Assembly (NCBI GenBank): GCA_044229355.1
Contig: JBGATF010000010.1
Span: forward strand, 202,321 to 266,320
Length of the DNA stretch: 64,000 nt
Direction of reading: 5' to 3'
Source: Limisphaerales bacterium
Lineage (GTDB): Bacteria; Verrucomicrobiota; Verrucomicrobiia; Limisphaerales; JADJPG01
The first letter of the stretch is position 1; every line of letters starts with the position of its first letter. Shown piece by piece: positions 62,101 to 64,000 of this stretch. Made by a program: the position numbers and the translations under genes. The notes beneath the pieces are model-generated. The model made no database searches, was not told where the DNA came from, and saw only the letters and a list, made by a program, of their open reading frames with translations.

Positions 62101-62517
62101 ATACTCGCCGGTGTTGTCGAGGCGGAAATTGGTGTGCAAGGGACGTCCGGCAATCCGGCGGTCCTTGTTGGAGGCGAAGACCACGACATAAGCGTTGGCC
62201 GAGATGTTGGTGGCTGGAAAACGCCATTTGGCCAGGTTGTTCGGGTTGTCGGTCAGGCTCCAGTTCAGGAGATTCACGTCGTTGGTCCCGGCGTTATAGA
62301 TCTCGATCCAGTCCTCGTAGTCGCCGTTTTCGTCCGGCAGAATGCCGTCGTTCTCGGCCATGAACTCGCTGATGACCAGATCGTCAAGCGCCTGGGCCAG
62401 CGGCGCTCCGGCAAAAAGACTGGCCAGGGTCAGGAGCAGGATCAGGACGGACGGGGTCAAGCGTGGATATTTCATGGGAGTTAACCTGATTGTCACAGTT
62501 GCGTTGAACTGGTTCAC
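56137..62517 (-). CDS. giant (2126 aa) secreted multi-domain protein: >=4 lamin-tail domains (LTD), CotH-kinase-like domain, Ig I-set domain, TSP3/Ca-binding-like Asp-rich repeats
   Basis: Signal peptide (MKYPRLTPSVLILLLTLASLFAGAPLAQA). LTD motifs VISEFMAENDG...DWIEIYNAGTNDVNLLNWSL, RVTEIMYHPA...EYIELRNTGPSTLDLSG, LITEILTHTD...QIELYNPNSETVNIGGWFLSD, VISEINYRP...EYVELANTTG. CotH-like core (GALYKVYNTF...DWDCCHKNYYLYQD...WDIDLSFG). Ig (GRYSCVVFNSGGSTVSSEATLSI). Asp-rich DSDGDGIPDAVETALGLNPSDASDAAGDLDHD. Confidence 0.75.
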   Translation of the reverse strand: MNQFNATVTIRLTPMKYPRLTPSVLILLLTLASLFAGAPLAQALDDLVISEFMAENDGILPDENGDYEDWIEIYNAGTNDVNLLNWSLTDNPNNLAKWRFPATNISANAYVVVFASNKDRRIAGRPLHTNFRLDNTGEYLALVKPDGLTIVSAVAPRYPLQAADISYGIATVQSQIALVTPASASRFTVPLNGNLAADWIAPGFDDSAWAPVNAAVGFENNSTADPLDSTVVADSMADWSDSGVQGFNNWSYGFWIKTNSSLTYSASRFNAFPSGTGPHSRANFWDGAVWRWFSGEPPFDMIAKDSWRPSIYPTATTNGLEHQVIRRWVSEISGPISIEWRLAKKDPTGGGVTGRVFQNNASRDTLTLTGNNTNGQTKTLNFTVQAGDTIDFVLEPGTDIVGDETYFSAIIRGATTLANQFQTDVGTLMTNINSSAYLRIPFTVSNAAAIVGLRLNLRYDDGFAAYLNGSPLVSRHAPDPAIWNSTADGVRSDSDAVQSELIDLTRVLDLLHNGVNVLAIQGLNSSTTDGDFLIAPQLEATIVALDPNSRNYFLLPTPGSANGPGTATLGPIISRIEHAPTDPLDTDDLVVTARITPTFNTATNIQLYYRVMFGSEANVPMFDDGLHGDTLPGDGIYGASIPHQLSTFGEMIRYYIVAADTQGNSTREPRFSDPTQSSQYFGTVVQNPSLTNPLPVLHLFITPANLTSANGNSTVRAPCSIYYLGEFYDNIGINRHGQSSSGFPKKSYDIDFNGDHHFNPGPGIPRVDDVNLLTTYPDKAHIRNVLAYEYTFKPAGSPYHYVVPVRVQTNGNFYGDWHMVENGDAAYLKRIGRDPRGALYKVYNTFTAIGNTTIGSDPNSEKKTRKEEGNSDLVRLMNGMILEGALTNRVRYMYDNVDVAEVLNSLAARSVTSDWDCCHKNYYLYQDTEGTGEWQSFPWDIDLSFGRNWHGTMSYWDPTVYPENRIWGNWDNNGFFQVVLNMPLGRGIDATRQMYLRRVRTIMDELMQTNGTPASALYFEAAIDEWYPKIAPDAALDLARWGTWGDGSTAAVGPIPTTSVYYQSMAQSLDEMRTNYMPRRRAFIFDRKMGIPTEFPDAQPTNVTILVGSFDYQPSSGNQQEEYIELINTNNIAVDISGWKLSGAVEHTFQGGVVIPRGGAPTNRLYVVANKKAFRSRATAPRGGMSLYIEGPYKGQLSARGETVVLSDKVGRIVTTNTYSGNPSPAQQYLRVTEIMYHPAKAAPGASPAYDAEDYEYIELRNTGPSTLDLSGVRFTAGVEFSFTGSAITSLAPGAYVLVVRNSAAFNSRYGSSLPVAGQYIGSLDNSGENIQLDDAVGEKVMDFTFNNSWYPSTDGPGAALVIVDDAAPWDSWDLKASWRPSFHDLGSPAQADPSAAPPVLPILITEILTHTDLPTVDQIELYNPNSETVNIGGWFLSDDLGYPRKYRIPDGRTIAAGAYAVFTEADFNAPGSPTAFSLSSNGDEVYVFAGDGTGITGYFDGYSFEAAANGVSFGRYVNSETNIHFVAQTTTTLGGPNAGPKVGTVVISEINYRPIDLPGGVDNNVDEYVELANTTGTPVALFDPANPQNAWRIRGGVDLDLPGNITLPANGYVLLVNFNPAYGPATSGFRSRFNVPASVPLFGPFSGNLANGRDSLRLYRPDAPDLDGTVPYILVDAVDYSSALPWPAAADGIGPSLQRLSIAAYGNDPTNWTAVGPSAGAPFVPGGVAPTVAAQPTDTTGVVGRSASFSVGVNGTSPFFYQWRFNGQNIYGANGATLTLAKLRPDQSGRYSCVVFNSGGSTVSSEATLSIFYPPAFVSHPADVKVLVRPDPLAAPTTNVTFTAGAVSPGQFPIRYQWYFNGAPIANATNASYTVVGVTRGNYGQFHCTAADPIDTVESLAATLYPMVRPVAGIQPAPQTVPVGALFTLGFSYYGFPPPFTNEWRRGSTPILTTVTYDTNDVVTVRATATPGTAAYRAVVKNIANSAPGLASATATITTVADSDGDGIPDAVETALGLNPSDASDAAGDLDHDTMTNVEEYVAGTDPNNPLSYLKVEQATTPGTAIIKVAAVANRSYIVQYTDDLAAGQWNRLGGVVAQSVDRIEQLTDNTWTARRFYRIVLLLE

Positions 62518-62698
62518 GACGTTGGACCTAATGCTTGGATACGACCGGCGATCGGCTCGTCATGGGCAAATACGGTGCCCGCGTTGCTGACCGGACGGGA
62601 ACGTTGGGTTGCCGGGACTATGTCGGAGGGGATCGCATTTCTCAACCTCAAAATTCGGAGATTGGAGCGGACAGCGGCCCGAGGCTAGACTTTGCCCC

Positions 62699-63799
62699 AT
62701 GCCGAACGCCGTTGTCCTTGAGAAATTCAAAGAGCCGCTGCAGCTCCGCTCGTTTCCCTTGCCGGACGTCCTGGAGCCTGGCGCCGCCTTGGTGCGGACC
62801 GAGATGGCCGGCATCTGCGGGACCGACGTGCACCTGTGGAAGGGCGAGCTGCCGATTCAACTGCCCGTGATTTTGGGGCACGAGACGGTCGGGCGCCTGG
62901 AAGCGCTCGGGGCCGGTCTGGACCGGGACTGGACCGGCCAGCCGTTGCGCGTGGGGGACCGGGTGACCTGGACCTCAACGACGTCCTGCGGCCAATGCTA
63001 TTACTGTGCCGAGAAAAGACAGCCGACCCGATGCCCCCAACGGCGCGCGTATGGCATCGGGCACCGGTGCGACGCCGAACCGCACTTTCTGGGCGGTTAC
63101 GCGGAGTACCATTACCTCCGCCCACGGGCGAATATCTTCAAGCTTCCGGATGATTTGGCGACCGAGGCCGTCATCGGGGCGGGCTGTGCTCTCATCACCG
63201 CGATTCATGGGATTGAACGCACGGGGATTGATTGGCGCGATCGGGTCGTCGTTCAGGGGGCGGGGCCGGTCGGCATTGCGGCGCTGGCTGTCGCCCGAAG
63301 CGCGGGGGCCGGCGAGGTGATCGTGGTGGGCGCCCCGCGCGAACGGTTGGACCTGGCTAAACGGTTTGGGGCGGACCACGTGATCGATCTGGACGACATG
63401 CAAACCGGCGCCGAGCGCATTGCTGCGGTCCGTCAGCGGACCGGAGGATATGGCGCGGATGTGGTCCTCGAGTGCGCGGGCGTGCCGGCGGCAGTGGGGG
63501 AGGGAATGGAAATGTGCCGGGACGGTGGAAAGTATCTGATCCTCGGTCACTATTGTGACGCCGGCCCGGTTTCATGGAATCCCCACGTGGTGACGCGGAA
63601 GCAATTGACCGTCACGGGTTCGTGGTCGAGCGAGCCGAGGCACATGCGGGCCGCGCTCGACTTTTTGCGGGCAACGGGCGACCGATTTCCCTTTGCGTCG
63701 ATGGTGTCCCACCGCTTTCCCCTGGCCCTCGCCAATGAGGCCTTGCAGACCACGGCGGCGTGGCGATGCGCCAAGAGCGTGTTTGTGCCCGGGTCGTGA
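62699..63799 (+). CDS. Zn-dependent alcohol dehydrogenase (MDR superfamily; sorbitol/threonine-DH-like)
   Basis: Start MPNAVVLEKF (track ORF begins upstream at 62609). Catalytic Zn GICGTDVHLW...GHETVG, structural Zn Cys cluster CGQCYYCAEKRQPTRC, Rossmann VVVQGAGPVGIAALAVAR. Confidence 0.8.
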   Translation: MPNAVVLEKFKEPLQLRSFPLPDVLEPGAALVRTEMAGICGTDVHLWKGELPIQLPVILGHETVGRLEALGAGLDRDWTGQPLRVGDRVTWTSTTSCGQCYYCAEKRQPTRCPQRRAYGIGHRCDAEPHFLGGYAEYHYLRPRANIFKLPDDLATEAVIGAGCALITAIHGIERTGIDWRDRVVVQGAGPVGIAALAVARSAGAGEVIVVGAPRERLDLAKRFGADHVIDLDDMQTGAERIAAVRQRTGGYGADVVLECAGVPAAVGEGMEMCRDGGKYLILGHYCDAGPVSWNPHVVTRKQLTVTGSWSSEPRHMRAALDFLRATGDRFPFASMVSHRFPLALANEALQTTAAWRCAKSVFVPGS

Positions 63800-63870
63800 G
63801 TGGTTAACCCGCATATTTCATGCTGAGCTTGAATCGCGAACACCTTGATGGGAGGACGGAGGGTAGATGA

Positions 63871-64000
63871 CATGAAGAAGCTGGCAGGCGCCCTCACTCG
63901 AGGAACACGCTGCCAGCCGTATGAACTACAACCTAAAGAAATCCACGCAATCCACCGCCGGTCAACCCAAACGTTATGGTCTGGTCAAGCTGGCCCAGGA
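63871..64000 (+). CDS. 5' fragment of an ORF continuing beyond the window (MKKLAGALTRG...)
   Basis: ATG at 63871, open to the window end. Local GC is lower than the window average. Too short to assign. Confidence 0.15.

Noticed and set aside
58561-62484. Plus-strand ORFs 56854..58473, 58561..60486, 60637..61296, 61552..62484 opposite the LTD/CotH gene
   Set aside because: They are antisense. The minus-strand frame contains repeated LTD, CotH and Ig motifs in one continuous 2126-aa ORF.
63800-64000. GC drop (~52%) in the last 200 bp, as a possible horizontally acquired island boundary
   Set aside because: It is too short to distinguish an ordinary intergenic region or a low-GC gene start from an island edge. 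No integrase, tRNA or direct repeat is visible.

Overview
This is a high-GC (~65-68%) bacterial chromosomal window. The gene content suggests a PVC-superphylum (Verrucomicrobia/Planctomycetes-like) genome: LTD/CotH giant proteins, Gfo/Idh/MocA plus DUF1080 pairs, prepilin-like pseudopilins. This taxonomic guess rests on gene content only. Coding density is high, and almost every real gene has a long spurious antisense ORF in the supplied track; I discounted those. Left to right: (i) a truncated REC-domain gene; (ii) a MacAB-TolC-type tripartite efflux operon on the minus strand; (iii) a ~170-bp block of back-to-back heptamer tandem repeats; (iv) a minus-strand phosphorelay cluster with a TM sensor kinase, a stand-alone CheY-like REC and a REC-GAF-PAS-HK-REC hybrid kinase; (v) lpxI; (vi) a three-gene pseudopilin (GspI/J/K-like) cluster; (vii) NIPSNAP, a DUF772 transposase-N-terminal remnant, an FdhD plus FAD-disulfide oxidoreductase pair and ligA; (viii) a second related heptamer repeat; (ix) a 1270-aa secreted fusion of a prolyl oligopeptidase (S9A) and a PhoD-like phosphatase; (x) a tightly packed minus-strand operon of a very long flotillin/SPFH protein, a 1881-aa protein with a single MoxR-like AAA+ module, a proline-rich hypothetical and a DUF4339 membrane protein, with a GT2 glycosyltransferase downstream; (xi) a Gfo/Idh/MocA (TAT) plus DUF1080 pair; (xii) dnaA with a lower-GC upstream region that may be oriC, followed directly by a partial complex I operon in the unusual order nuoI-H-J-K-L-M-M'-N with a duplicated nuoM; (xiii) a porin, a DUF2959-like lipoprotein, a 2126-aa multi-LTD/CotH-kinase/Ig surface protein and a Zn-dependent alcohol dehydrogenase. 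I found no rRNA, tRNA or CRISPR. The most promising candidate for an undescribed system is the flotillin plus giant AAA+ ATPase operon at 29.4-39.0 kb.
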